A DNA stretch of 64,000 nucleotides from the human T2T-CHM13v2.0 reference genome, Homo sapiens: NCBI RefSeq assembly GCF_009914755.1, contig NC_060933.1; one strand, 5' to 3'. The notes beneath the pieces were generated by a model. It saw only the letters and a list, made by a program, of their open reading frames with translations, had not been told where the DNA came from and searched no databases. Every line of letters starts with the position of its first letter. The first letter of the stretch is position 1. The position numbers were made by a program, and so were the translations under genes. Shown here piece by piece: positions 1-15,039 of this stretch.

Positions 1-1599
1 ATCTTGAAACGCCTTCTAACACAGACACACCTGCATCAACCTTTAATCCATGTCTCCAGGAGTGGCCACAGAAGGTGGTGTGGACGTGGCTGAGGCTCCC
101 CTAGCTTGGTGTGGCTGACATGGTCAGCCCCCCCCAGATTTTCACTCCCTCCTCTATTTCCACACCAGATCTAGCAGGAGTGGACCTTGGGGGCCTTGGA
201 CAGGTGGGCCCTCCACCAAATCAAACAGAGCAGCTTCTTCTGATGACCTCTTCTCTTCTGGTTCCATCCAAGCACGTAAACAAGCCGGAAACGAGAGACC
301 TGCATAGGTGGCTGCTGGCCGAAGACGGTCCCTCCTGGGGCTACCGAGGGCACTTCCCACACCCAGTGAGAGTGTCAAACCGCAGTGGGTGTCCCACGGT
401 GACGGCAGGGTGTGAGGGCAGCATTCTGCACAGGGTGAGTCCCCCAGAGCCTACAATCCTGCACAGCGCAAGGACATGTCCCATGCCAGCCCAGGCCACC
501 CTCGGGGTGGCGAAGAGACACAGCCACGCCACAGCACTCCCAGCCCCCAGCTGACCCAGTGGGGCCCTGGCACAGGACTCTGCCCAGGCGTGTGCCTAGC
601 ACGGGTGAGGAAGCCCCGCCCCTCGAGGAAGCTGCCCCGGGTGGCTCTGCCTCTTCACATTTACAGAGAAGGAAACTGAACCCATGAAGTGACGGGCCAG
701 CCCATGGCCCAGCAGCCCTGCAGGGCAGGCAGCCCGATCCCAACAGTTGGGAGGGGGTGGGGACAGGGCCAGAGAAAACAGGTAGCCTGGGTCATAGCCT
801 ACAACAATATCACTTCATCACGCTGTGCCTCCATGGCCTCATCCATGACAGGGAGGGCCCAGTGCCCTTTGGGGCTGCCATGACATGCGGACTCGCACCC
901 ACATGCTGTCTGTGACAGGGCCCGTGTGGCCTGATGCTCTGAAATTTCAGACAACAAGCAGCCCCTTCGTCCACTCTGCACACTTGAAAGGCAGGGGTGG
1001 GAGCAAAGGTGTGGCAGCCCAGGGGGCTGTCCCCGGTCCACCTCACCCCAGCCCAAGCCACTGCCTTTGCCAGACCTCCCTGAACACGGGGCATGGGGGG
1101 TGTGAGTTAGTGGACAGAAGAGAAGCAACTGCCCACCAGATCCCGAAGACCCCTAGGGTCGGGTGAAAGACCACCTTCAACAACCCAATATGAACTCCTA
1201 GGCGCACCAGTCCTCAGGGGACAGTCCAGGCAGGGGCACCTCCTCAACTGGGGCCCTTCCCTTCCTGCCGGGGAAGCTGGTGCTGAGGCTGGGTACTGGG
1301 CTCACCACCAAACAAGCCACACTCAGCATTGCCTCGCTCATTGCCTCCCCTGCCCCACCCACTCTGACTTCCTCTATATCCACATCCCCTAAACCGACCC
1401 TTACCACTCCAGGCAGAACCACCTGAGCTTTCAGAGACAGGCCTTCCTCCCTCACTTTCCAGACACCTGCCTGGCAGGTCACACAGTGAATGGGCATCGC
1501 TGCTGACTGAGGAATGGAACACCGGGACAAGACCTTCTGAAAAGCCAGTTCCAAAAGGAACCATGGCTCTCAGGCAGACGCCGAGACGCCGACACTTAC

Positions 1600-1665
1600 C
1601 AAACCATCAGTGTCGTCAAACATTTCAGCACATGGTTTCTTTCCACTATCTGGTGTTAGCAGAGT
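1600..1665 (-). other. SEMA4D: 66-nt internal 5'UTR exon (exon 2), probably SEMA4D
   Basis: Minus strand reads cccttttctaactctgtttcag|ACTCTGCTAAC...GATGGTTTG|gtaagt: pyrimidine tract, CTAAC branch-like motif, CAG acceptor and consensus GTAAGT donor. Confidence 0.85.
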
Positions 1666-2309
1666 CTGAAACAGAGTTAGAAAAGGGCACATTTTAGCAG
1701 GATAAACTACCAGATTCCCTTACAATATACATACACACAATTCCATACCCCAACCCTGTGCGAAAAATGTCCCCCAGGGACTGCAAGAGCATCGTCCTAG
1801 AGAACTGTCAGTTATAGGATACAGCTTACCTGGCCACGTGAGACCAGAGGAGGCATCACAGCTAACAGACAAGGATTATCAAGAACTGGGAGGGAGGCAT
1901 CATCTGCACCTTCCTTCACCCTACCCATCTCTCTCCTCCCCTCTGCTCCTGGCCAGGCACCAACTTAGCAGAGAGCCTCTCCTTGGCTCAGCACACAATC
2001 ACTAGGCATGAGCTCTAGTGCAGGAGGCAGCCAGGGTGGGCCAAGGCCTAACCCAGAAACCCTGTGACCCACAATGAAGGTGTAGTCAAGAAGGACACTG
2101 TAGTACAAAGCTCCAAAACAGTCCCTAATTTAAAATCACATATGAAGACAATGTCAGTGCTAGCATTCAATATTCCAACACTTTTTAAGTTTTAAAATTA
2201 ATTACATACTCAAAAACCAAAATCAGGAGAAGAAGGGGAGGAGAAGGAGGGCAAGGAAGAGAGAGAGAAGAAAAGAAGAATCCAAACAGGAACCAGAATT
2301 TGGGAGAGT

Positions 2310-2597
2310 TTTTCTTTTTGAGACAGTCTGTCTCCAGGCTGGAGCGCAGCGGCACGATCTCAGCTCACTGTAACCTCCACCTCCCAGGTTCAAGCAATTC
2401 TGCTGCCGCTGCCTCAGCCTCCTGAGTAGCTGAGCTTACAGGCACATGCCACCACACCCGGCTGATTTTTGTATCTTTTTTAGTAGAGACGGGGTTTCAC
2501 CATGTTAACCAGGCTGGTCTTGAACTCCTGACCTAAAGTGATCTGCCCGCCTTGGCCCTAAGTGCTGGGATTACAGGCATGAGCCACCGCGTCCAGC
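2310..2597 (-). mobile_element. Alu (AluS-like)
   Basis: Reverse-complement Alu consensus with poly-T head. Confidence 0.9.
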
Positions 2598-3166
2598 TGG
2601 GAGGGATTTTTTTAAATAATGTCAGAAGTAGCGGAAGGCTTACTAATGCCCCTGCATTAAGGAGAAACATGAATCAACACTCTGAGAAAATGCAAAGGGC
2701 TCCTTCCTTCCTCACTGGCCTCCTGGAGCAGGGAGTGAGCATCGCAAAGTCCCCTCCCACAAGGCACAGAGCCGCAAATGGCAACTGAAGGGACAAGCTG
2801 TTCGATGTCATTAACGATGAAAGAAACAAACTGAAGCAGGATGGTCGCTTTCATCTTTCTGATGAGCAGTAACCTACAAAGCTGAGCAACCAGAGCCTGT
2901 GATGGGGTGGAGCAACCAGAGCCTGTGATGGGGTGGGGAAACCAGCGCCTGACAGGGGGGGAGCAGACCCAGTGCACCTGACTGTGACGCTCGGGATGCT
3001 GCTGAATCACATTCCAATTGGACACAAAGCTACACCATGAGGGTGCTTCCTGCATCGTAGCAAAGCCATGGAAACCTTCCAAGTCCATCAGTGGCTGACC
3101 AGAATCAAATAAATGGTCTATCCAAACACTGAAGTGTATGCACCCATCACAAAGAACAAGGAGGTC

Positions 3167-3878
<712 letters not shown>

Positions 3879-4194
3879 TTACGTATGCATGTGAGTGGCT
3901 GCGCAGGAAACACAGGCTTTTGGGAGGACAGTCCAGAGAGTAGTAACAGGTTTTTCGTGCTGTGGAGTGGCCTGGGGATCCGAAGGCAACTTGGTCCCTG
4001 CATTTCTGAGCTTCCGTATTAGGGCTGTTTTTACCCTGCACACTGCAACCGATACATACCACAGTTGCCCACATAGCACCGCCCCTTTTCTTTAGTGGAA
4101 ACTACAAATTCCACATGGTGCATACATCCTACGGAAGGCCAACCCATGGCTGGTCACACAGTTCCCTTCCTGGGCCCACCTAAAAGACTGCCTG

Positions 4195-4710
4195 CCACAC
4201 ACATGCCACACACATGCCACAAACATGCATCACATGCATGCATACATGCACACACCCATCCAAGCAGACACACACCCACCCACACTTACATGCACACACG
4301 TATACACCTATGCACACAGGTACACCACACCCACATACCCATGTAAGCACACATGTATATTCACATACAAAATCACACACAAACCTACAGAGACACACAT
4401 ACATACACATGCACATATATACATCCAAACACGCACATCCATACACACTCATGCACACACACACATATACATATATGCACATACAAACATGCATGCCATA
4501 TTCACATACACACTTATACACCTAAACACACACTCATACACACACGGATACATATGCCCACATGGATACACATACACACAAACACATGCACAAACATATG
4601 TACCTATACGCACACTCATATACAGATATACTGCACACACCATGTACTCATATACACATCTACCTACACACATGTGCCTACACACATATGCATACTCATA
4701 CACACACTGT
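4195..4710. repeat. Degenerate (CA/TA)n low-complexity tract
   Basis: Directly visible; source of the H/T-rich spurious ORFs. Confidence 0.92.
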
Positions 4711-4859
4711 GCATGGTCCTTATCCTCTCCCCAAGGGAGCTGCAGCCCAGCATTCCCACCCACTCACACGCTGGGGAAAGAATCACCTCCTTCCTCCTCA
4801 GCAGCTCAGAGGCAGGTTCTGAGCCATCGCAGCCTCCTAGAGACCCCATGTGCCTGTGG

Positions 4860-5030
4860 TCAGTGGTTCTCATACTGCGGCCTGCAGCAGAACCCCTGGC
4901 AAGGATCTGAATGCCAGATCTCTGGGCCCCAGTTGGAGCCCCAGTCCGGTAGTGCTCTGGGGGGGTCCAAGAACATGCATTTCTAATGGGCCCTCAGGTG
5001 ATGTTGCTGTAGTTCCAGTGAACAGCCTCT
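4860..5030. mobile_element. MER5A-like hAT-Charlie MITE
   Basis: cagtggttctc end plus atgcatttctaa...caggtgatg motif. Confidence 0.65.
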
Positions 5031-7352
5031 AGTCCCTGGGGCAGCTTAAGGGAGTCAGGGTTTGGATGTGGCTCATTCATTCCGTCAGTGAATGCTTTTT
5101 GCTTCTTTTGTGTGCCAAGCTGCATCAAAAGTCCCTGGCTCTCCTGAGGACGCAAAGAAACAACTGGAGAAAGTCATTTCAGGGAGTGAGATACTGATAA
5201 GGCAAGAGCATGTCAATGTGAGAAACAGCCTACAAGGGTGTTGGGGGGGAGTCTTATTAACATTCCTGAGGGTCTTATCCTCCTGGAGAGATGAGAATCC
5301 CCCTGCAGACCCAGAGCCTCTTCCCTGCAGCTGTCCCTGCTCAGCCCTGGGTCCCAAAGGGGGCTGACCCTCATCCTCCCTGCAAGCCTTGGGGGCTGCC
5401 CCTGTGTGTGGCAGGCACCTTCCTTCCTGTCTCCACCTGGCTCAAATGCCACCTACCTAGAAGCAGGGACCAAGGTCCTCAGCTGGTCAGAAAGGCCCAC
5501 ACGCCACAAGACCCAGGCTAAGATTTGAGGGCCCATGTGGCTAACACGAGGGAGCCCAGGCCAGCATTCAGTTACTAAATAACACACCCTATTCTGTGTA
5601 AAACTCTGGGTGACAACTGCAACAATGCCAAGTGCTCCTAGAAAACAGCAGGAGGTAAGAAATCCCCTGCCCTCTGCGTTCCAGAAACAACTGCTACAAA
5701 AAAAGCCCCTTCCCCACAGGACTGAGCTAAGGCTCACGATGCCCCCACCCACCCAGGATAAGGCCAGACACAGAAACCCACCAACGCCTGCTCTGTGCCT
5801 CTTGATGGCCAGTGGCACGATGCATCCCCCGCCTGCTCCCGATCACTCACAACAAAATGCTCATAACCAAACCTTGCTTCGCTTCTGTCCTTCTCCAGGC
5901 CCCTTGGGTCCCACAGAGCCAGTGCAGCCCCTCCTGAGAAACAGCTGGCCTTGGGTAAGGCATCCTTTGACCCTGCCACCTTCATCCCATATCCCACCTC
6001 TGGTTCTTCGAAGCCTCATCTACACCACCCTACAAAGAAAAGCCCTTTGGCCTAACCTTTCAGACACATGTGATCTCATGGTCAGCATGTGGCCAGGCCC
6101 TGGCCCCTACTGTGACAGTCCATTCCTTCCTTTGCATACTCCTAAGAAAGCCTCTTCTTACTAAGTCTGGATTTGTTTTATATTTGACAACTGCTTACTG
6201 ATTACAAACAACTTGAAACTCCAAAATGTGTCACACACTCATGCAATGGATGCACAGGTGAGAGCTTTGATTTCTGCCTCCTGGAAGACCGGTACTCACA
6301 TGTTTAACCGAGGTTCCACCGGTTCAGACCCACTGCTCATGAGACGGCTCAAGAATATGTCAGAGATACCCCAGCCTCACATGCACAGCTGGTCCTGGAG
6401 GCCGCAGAGCAAGGAAAAAGGGGAGAAGCAACACTGAAGGTGAACCACACCCCTCACAGACACGGGCATCCTACAGGCCCAGGAGAACCCATGCCCTCCA
6501 GCGTGGAACTCAGCACACTGGGCATTTTGTGTAAGCTGCCCTCCTCCTGCAGACAGGCAGGGCTTAGCAGGGCCAGCTGAAAATGACACCTAGCCTCATA
6601 TGTGGCCACCACATATGCCGAAGGGGAGGACGGAGAAGGCGACCTGCTGTTCCCCACACCCCGCAGCAGAGAGAAAGGGCTCCCAGGGCAGACAACCCTA
6701 TCACCTAATCCTACAGTCATGCTCGGGGGCTCTGCTGGGCCCCTCAGCACACTCATGAAGCCCCAAGGTCTCTTTTCTAAGATCACTGCAAACTGCAACT
6801 GAACACACGAAAGAAAATGTGCATCTCACTGGAGGTCAGAAAAATGCAGATTAAAGCAAGATGCCACTCTCCCCCTACAAAATGACCAGAAAAAATAATT
6901 ACAAGGCTTAAGGTGGTGTGGAAGTGTGAGCCCCTCCCTGCTGTCAATGACTTTTCTAGCAAGCAGCATGCCAGGGATATCAGGAACCTTACAAGGGTAC
7001 CTCTTAGCTATCAGCAACGAGCAGAAATTGGGACCGGTAATCCCAACAAAACGTTTCACCCCATATACTCTTGACTGTGAAACTGAAAAGCGCCCCCACA
7101 GAGAGAAGCACGTCAATAGATAAAGCAGCACTCTGGCTCCAAATTGTATGTTTGCGTCTTTCACATGGATGGCTATGAGCAAATGGCTGCAGTTCTGAGT
7201 CCTGACAACTGAGGAGGCAACGGTGACTCACTGCCCTCCCAGGACAAGTGTGGGCACCACAGGAAGGCTGCCAGAATAAACCTCCAAACATTTTTCTCCT
7301 ATACTAGGAGAGTAGCATATGAACAGAAATCATGGTGTCCTGGACATCATAA

Positions 7353-7712
<360 letters not shown>

Positions 7713-8373
7713 GATGTATATTTCTTGAACAACAAATGGGTAATTTTAAGGCTAGGATGAGTTTTACCAACCTGCTTTTCCTAGTGATGCATTAAACGTG
7801 GTTTGGGTTAAGAAGGGAAATTCTCAGGCTTTGCTGAATCCCTAACTGAAGCACGTGAAGCTAAAATCACTCCCTCTCTGCCCAGGGTGGTCTGCACACC
7901 CAGAAAGAAATGCCAGAAATCGCTTGGTGTGAGTGCACTGCAAATTCTTGAAACTTGATTTCTCACAGGTATAGATCATCTGGCTAACTCAGTCCAGAAT
8001 TTAAATACGGTGCTATTATAATTCACAGTAACTAAGATTATTATCTGTACATTAACGTATGGCACAAAAGCCCATAAGGCTAGCTTCTACAGAGAAGCAG
8101 GCTCCAAGGGAAGTGGCCACCAATGCTCTTCCTTTATAACAACATTGATGTGAGCAACGGCAGGCAACCGGCTGATAAAATGTGGAAATGTTTTTCCCTG
8201 TGGCATACCCACTTAAGGAGAGCTGTGTTTTCTGTACAAAATAGGTGGGGTTGTTTTTGGCAAAATGATGGAATGTTTTCAATTTGAAGGAGTAAAAATT
8301 CCCCAATACCAGTCTACGGCAAACAACTCAAAACAACAACAAGCCAACAACACCTCCTATTTAAAGCTGTCCC

Positions 8374-9043
<670 letters not shown>

Positions 9044-9624
9044 TTAAGCCAAACCTAGAAGGCTTCTGGCACTCTCTTCTCTGCATCCCAGTACCCACTT
9101 CCAGGTTTCCAATGTGTTGAGTTCAGACTGGGGAATACCAGATGGGGAAAAATGGTAGACTCATGCCCAGTTGAGGAATACTTGCAATTCTAATCTTCCT
9201 CTCCAAACCACCTGCTACTATATTCTTTTCAGAATCTTTGAATAGCTGCTCCCTGCATTTGCAGTGGGAAAGCCACAGTGGAACATGGTTAACCCAGCTT
9301 ATTAACCAAGCCCATTCATTTCTGAGCTAAAAATCTACCTGAGGCTCACACCAGCCATCTTTTGCATGATCCATCTGGTCCTCTTCGTAGACAGGGGTCC
9401 ATTCCCAGGTGCTAAATCTGTTCAGCAGGGCTACTTGGGGGCTTTTCATGATCAAGTCCCAGACTTGCTCTTTCTCATCCAGGTCATGACCAGCCCTTTT
9501 TCGCTGCTGCTTTTTCATTTTCGCAGCAGAGGTGGGGAGGTACAAAACTAATTAGCGTCAACCAGTCTCCAAAGTGTATTCACAACACAAGGTCTCTATG
9601 TTGTGTTTAAAGAACCAAATGGTG

Positions 9625-10036
<412 letters not shown>

Positions 10037-11389
10037 TTAAATTTCAGAATCAGAACACCAGTCAAAAAGGGAGAGTGTGACTCACCTTCCCCCACCCCCA
10101 AGAAAACTGCCACAAAACCGCACTGTGAGCCTGTTTCTTCCTCTCTTCTCTCAGATGCACTACGCTCTCAGGGACCAAGGACACTTTGTTCTAATCATGT
10201 TGAAGATGTAAAACAAAAATACTTAATTGTAAATTGAATTATTTCACCAAGATGCTACCTGTGAGAAAAAAGGAATGGCTGGAAATCCTGCCTTCCGACC
10301 TGGGTTTCGGATGATTATAAACAGCTGGGGTGGGGCTGAGGACCTCAGGGGCAAGGCAGCCACAGTTGGGGGTGGGGGGCAACACATTACAAGTCCAGCA
10401 GCAGGGCGCAGCCAGGCTGCCTCTGGCCACCTCCCCAATGCCCAGGATCTGGACAGGAAAAGACAGGAGTTCATCAATAAGGAGAGACCCCTCAGATGTG
10501 GGGTGCAACACCCCAGCTAGGAAGGGCAGCAACAGGTCCTCTCCCTGCAAGATCATGGGAACAAAGGAGAGGACAGGGACACTGAGGACAGGGTTCAAAA
10601 CCCACTGGTCTCCCCAGAGTGAAGCACCCCCAGGGGAAACTGACAGCAACTCAGGCAGTCACAGAGGTCAACCATCAGAGAGGTGAGTGCTAGACAAAAA
10701 CCACATCCTCATTCTTTGGGTCCATTAGGAAATGGGCAGGGTTGCAGGGGTCCCCCGCCTCCTGGAGAGGGCTGGATAAGCCTGAGTTACCACGGGGTGT
10801 GGGGGGAGGGTGCGGAGAGCACCCCCAGGGCGAGGGTCCTGCTCTCTGCTCAGCCCACAGTGACATCTCTAATGCAAGCATATGCTGGCTCTAAATTATA
10901 TTAGCTTGCTTGCTTTATTTGGATGCATCTCTGTTTTTGACACCATGTCCTCTCTATAGCTATAAACATCTCGCATGCTTTACAAAGCACTGAGCACACA
11001 ATAATTAACCAATACTCACTGACCAACCTGTCAGGGGCAAAGAGGACCAGCCCAGGAAGGGGGCACATTTCCACATATCACCCAAGAGCCTCTCACGCTG
11101 GCTCAGACCCACAGACAAGACTGGGAAGATCCGCCCACAGAATGTTCCTCCTTGCCCTCCATGACCAGATTCTCACTTTAAAAAGAGCCCTTAGTCCGGT
11201 GCATCCCGCGGAGAACAGACAAGAGGGGCCTAAGTCCCCAGGAAACCAGCACCATCCATCCGGTGAGATTGCTGGCCACTCAGCCCAGGGGTGATGGCTG
11301 CTAACGGGTCACTTAAAAAAAATGACCATGCATTAAAAACATTATTAAATCATCACTCACAAGAGAACCAAGGAGGTGTCACAATCCCT

Positions 11390-11612
11390 TCAGAGGAGAA
11401 GTCAAAGAATCACAAAAAGACATGGAGTTGGCTGGGGGAATGGGGATGGATTGGGCCATGATGGATTGATAATTAGGGGGCTTCCTTTTGGGGTGCTGGA
11501 AATGTCTTGGAGCTAGAGGTTGCACAACATTGCAAATGTACTAACTGCCATGGAACTATTCACTTTAATATGATTAACTTTATGTTATGTGAATTTCACC
11601 TCAAGAAAAAAA
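11390..11612 (+). mobile_element. Old L1 (L1MB-like) 3' end fragment
   Basis: gttgcacaacattg...tatgttatgtgaatttcacctcaa 3'UTR signature. Confidence 0.7.
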
Positions 11613-13459
11613 TAATACAGAGTAAAAGAATATTGACATGAATTTCCAACGGACACAATACCAGCCTTTTCCATGGGGAGTCAATTGTCTCTCCAGGAGG
11701 CTGAACCCATTTGCACGTCTAGGGACAAGGATTATTTGCATTGCCTTCGGATATCTATGACTTACAGAGCTGTACAAAGACAGGTGAGCCCTGGGTGGCC
11801 CCAGTGCTCCATTCAAAGGCTGCCTATGCCCAAGTCCAAGGTGGAATGAGGAGAAGATGGAGTCCACAGGTTTAGGAGGAAACCAGCTTTAGCCGATGGG
11901 AAGGTGATGCTGCAGAATAAGGTGTGTCTAGAGATGGTGTCAGGAGTGACTCCTGCATTTCTTGGAGGCAGGGGGGAAGGTGGGCTCACTGGAGCACTGG
12001 GGCTTGAGGAGATGGTCCACCATGTGACACAGTGAGAAGCCGAGGTGTCCAAGGCACCATGAAGGGGCAGGACCACACAGGGTGCACGCCAGGCAGTTTG
12101 CAGCCCTGGCCTGGCTAGGGGCTTCCGTAGCACAGTGCCGCAGCTCCTGGGGCACACACCAAGGGATCAGGCACACGAAATGCTCAATGACACACACAAA
12201 CATAATTTCCCCTGACTTGTACAAAAAATAGGGTGATCACTCCGCTCTGAGTTCCCACGTAGTGATGCAGACTCATTTTCAGAAACGCCTTTTCTTTCTG
12301 CCAATCTGGAATTCTTTCTGGGCTCCTCGAACACCTCTAAGAATCCACAACCTTAGACAGAGGGCTGCCTGGGGCCTTTCCCTTCCGGCTTTCCCCAGGC
12401 ATCCACACCTACAACACCTGGGACACGCTAACACTCACAGGCCAGGTGAACACATGCTTGACTGCTCTCCATATGTACCGAGGGCTGCCCATGACCTCTG
12501 TGAGTGACCTTTCTGTCTAGACCATACGCAGTGCATCATCGAGGGAGCACACAGCCCCCGTGTGCACAAGGTCATGCTCCAGAAGCATCACTCACCTGCA
12601 TGTGCACACTCTCAAGGCACAGCCAACTCCACTTTTCCACTGCAATTAGTACACAGTAATTATTACCCAAACCCAGCACGTGGAAACATGGTCTGCAGCC
12701 TACATGGACTGTGTTTCCAGTGAGTTGTCCTTGTGTGCAGCAGGGAGGCGGCTACCAGGTCACAAGCATTCACCTCGGAGTGCACATGACGATGACCAAT
12801 ACGAGCCTGATGTCATTATCGGAGCCTCCTTCAAGGATGCTGCTCCCTCCCCACAGTGGTCTTGTTACTCTATAACTAGAAGTTTCTGAGCCACCAGCTC
12901 CAGAATGCAAGGCCCAAAAAGGGCCCTGTTACTCTTTTACAAGCAACCAGAGCAGAAACGAAAATGTCACCAACCTCCCAGAAAGAAACTGAATTATTCA
13001 TCTGCAGCATTCACAGCCCCATGTGTGAAGTTAACGGGGGTTGTCCCCCTTGTTGTTCAGGCTGAAAAGTTTCCATGACTAGATGTGGGCACTCCTGTCC
13101 CAGCTCGTGTATCATGCCTGCCTCCTTCCTGGTGGCCACACAAGGACATGGGTACACGGCCCTTGCACTTGTATGAGCACGTGCCCACCCTTTCTCCTCA
13201 CGTCCTCACATCCCCAGCTTCCCGGCTCCTTACACCGTAGAACCTGGATGACCTTGTGAAAACACACACATCTGATGCTCCCTCCGAGGTCCCTATACCA
13301 CAGCATCCTTTGAGTTCACAGCCATCCGGTTCCTACAATTCAGCCCCAAAGGAGACTAGGGCCATCAGTTACATAAGGACATACATGGTGGAGGAGTTGA
13401 TTTCATTCTCCTCCTTTGAGTTACCTGAACTTCTTACAGGAAATGTGTTATTTGTTTAA

Positions 13460-13800
<341 letters not shown>

Positions 13801-15039
13801 CTCATGATTCTTATAAATTGCTGCAAGGATATGCCCACAGCAGAAGCAGGGAGAGCTGGCAGTGGCATGTCCCACAGCCTCAGGCTTGGAGAGCAGCCCT
13901 CCCAGCCCCAAGGGCTCTCCCAGGGCTGGAGGTGCTTAGCCAGCTGTTTATGCATACGTTACACAACCCTGCAGCAGAAAGAGAGTCAGCCTGTCCAAAG
14001 AGAATCATTTGCGAGAAGACACCGAAAGACTAGGGTAGTCGTGGTGTTAGGCCTGCTCATCCAAACGACTTTGATCACTGAGAAAACTCAGCGCCATAGG
14101 ATGGCTCCAGGGATTGCACAGAACCCCACTCCACTCCACCTGCAACAGGTATTTCCAAACCCTCCACATTTGCAGAAATCTATTTTCTTTTTATTGCTCA
14201 TAAATCACTCTATTTTAAACCCCAGCATGACACAGATTTTTTAATTAAGTGAAGCAAAACTAATCTCACTTGAAGAATCACTACAAAACTGTGACCTTTT
14301 CCCTCACATAGGAAGATGCTACAATATCAGGGTCAGGAACCAAATTCCCCAAAGTCCATCAATGAAAAAATGTCTACTTTATGACCTAAGATGAAAGCTG
14401 ACAACAGAGCGTTCAGAAGGACACACCGTCAACTGTCTTCAGTCCCTGACTCACCAAATAAAAAGTGACGGCAAAGCAATCTCTGCTTAAACATCACTCT
14501 AAAAACATACCACTCCTTTTGGCCTTATTTTTCTTGGGTTTTTCAAACAGGCTAATTTGTGGCCTTTATTGGAAATAAACAAAACATAAATAAATCAGTA
14601 CCTATCAACACGCCACTCAGAATAATCACCTCAAACACCCTGGAAAAGTGGTGAAAATCTCATCCCCCCTCTAAGTGGTGGCTGCGGGTTTCTTCTCACT
14701 CTGGTATAAGGCTGCCCAGATTCTCCCGGTGTGTAATGCTTGTGTAATGCTCGGGGGCAGCAATCTGAAACTTCTAGAGACACTGAAGTCCTGCAGGTCA
14801 CTGGGGTAGCTCCTATTAACTTACCACTCAGGCACCAAAGGCTACCCCAGGGCTTAAAAGCCTTAATGTCCCTCCTAAGGCACCTCATTTGCTGCTCCCC
14901 AAGGGGTACCATGTAATCCAAGGGAATCCAGCCCCATAAGAATCTGGTAATACCTAGGACTACAGACTACAGTCCTGATTAGACTGGTTCCACACAGAGG
15001 CTGCATTTAAAACACTAGCCCTGAGGTCCTCATATGTTA

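Noticed and set aside
1600-1665. Alternative gene identity SH3BP4, which has a similar-sized first intron
   Set aside because: As I recall it, its second exon is 74 nt; the 66-nt exon and intronic LTR12C fit SEMA4D better. BLAT of this exon would settle it.
4180-4986. H/T- and C/V-rich ORFs up to 253 aa
   Set aside because: Translation of CA/TG low-complexity DNA; the same applies to 30194-31129 and 23120-23535.
5610-6164. 184-aa ORF in unique-looking sequence
   Set aside because: No recognisable domain, non-ATG (GTG) start, antisense within an intron.
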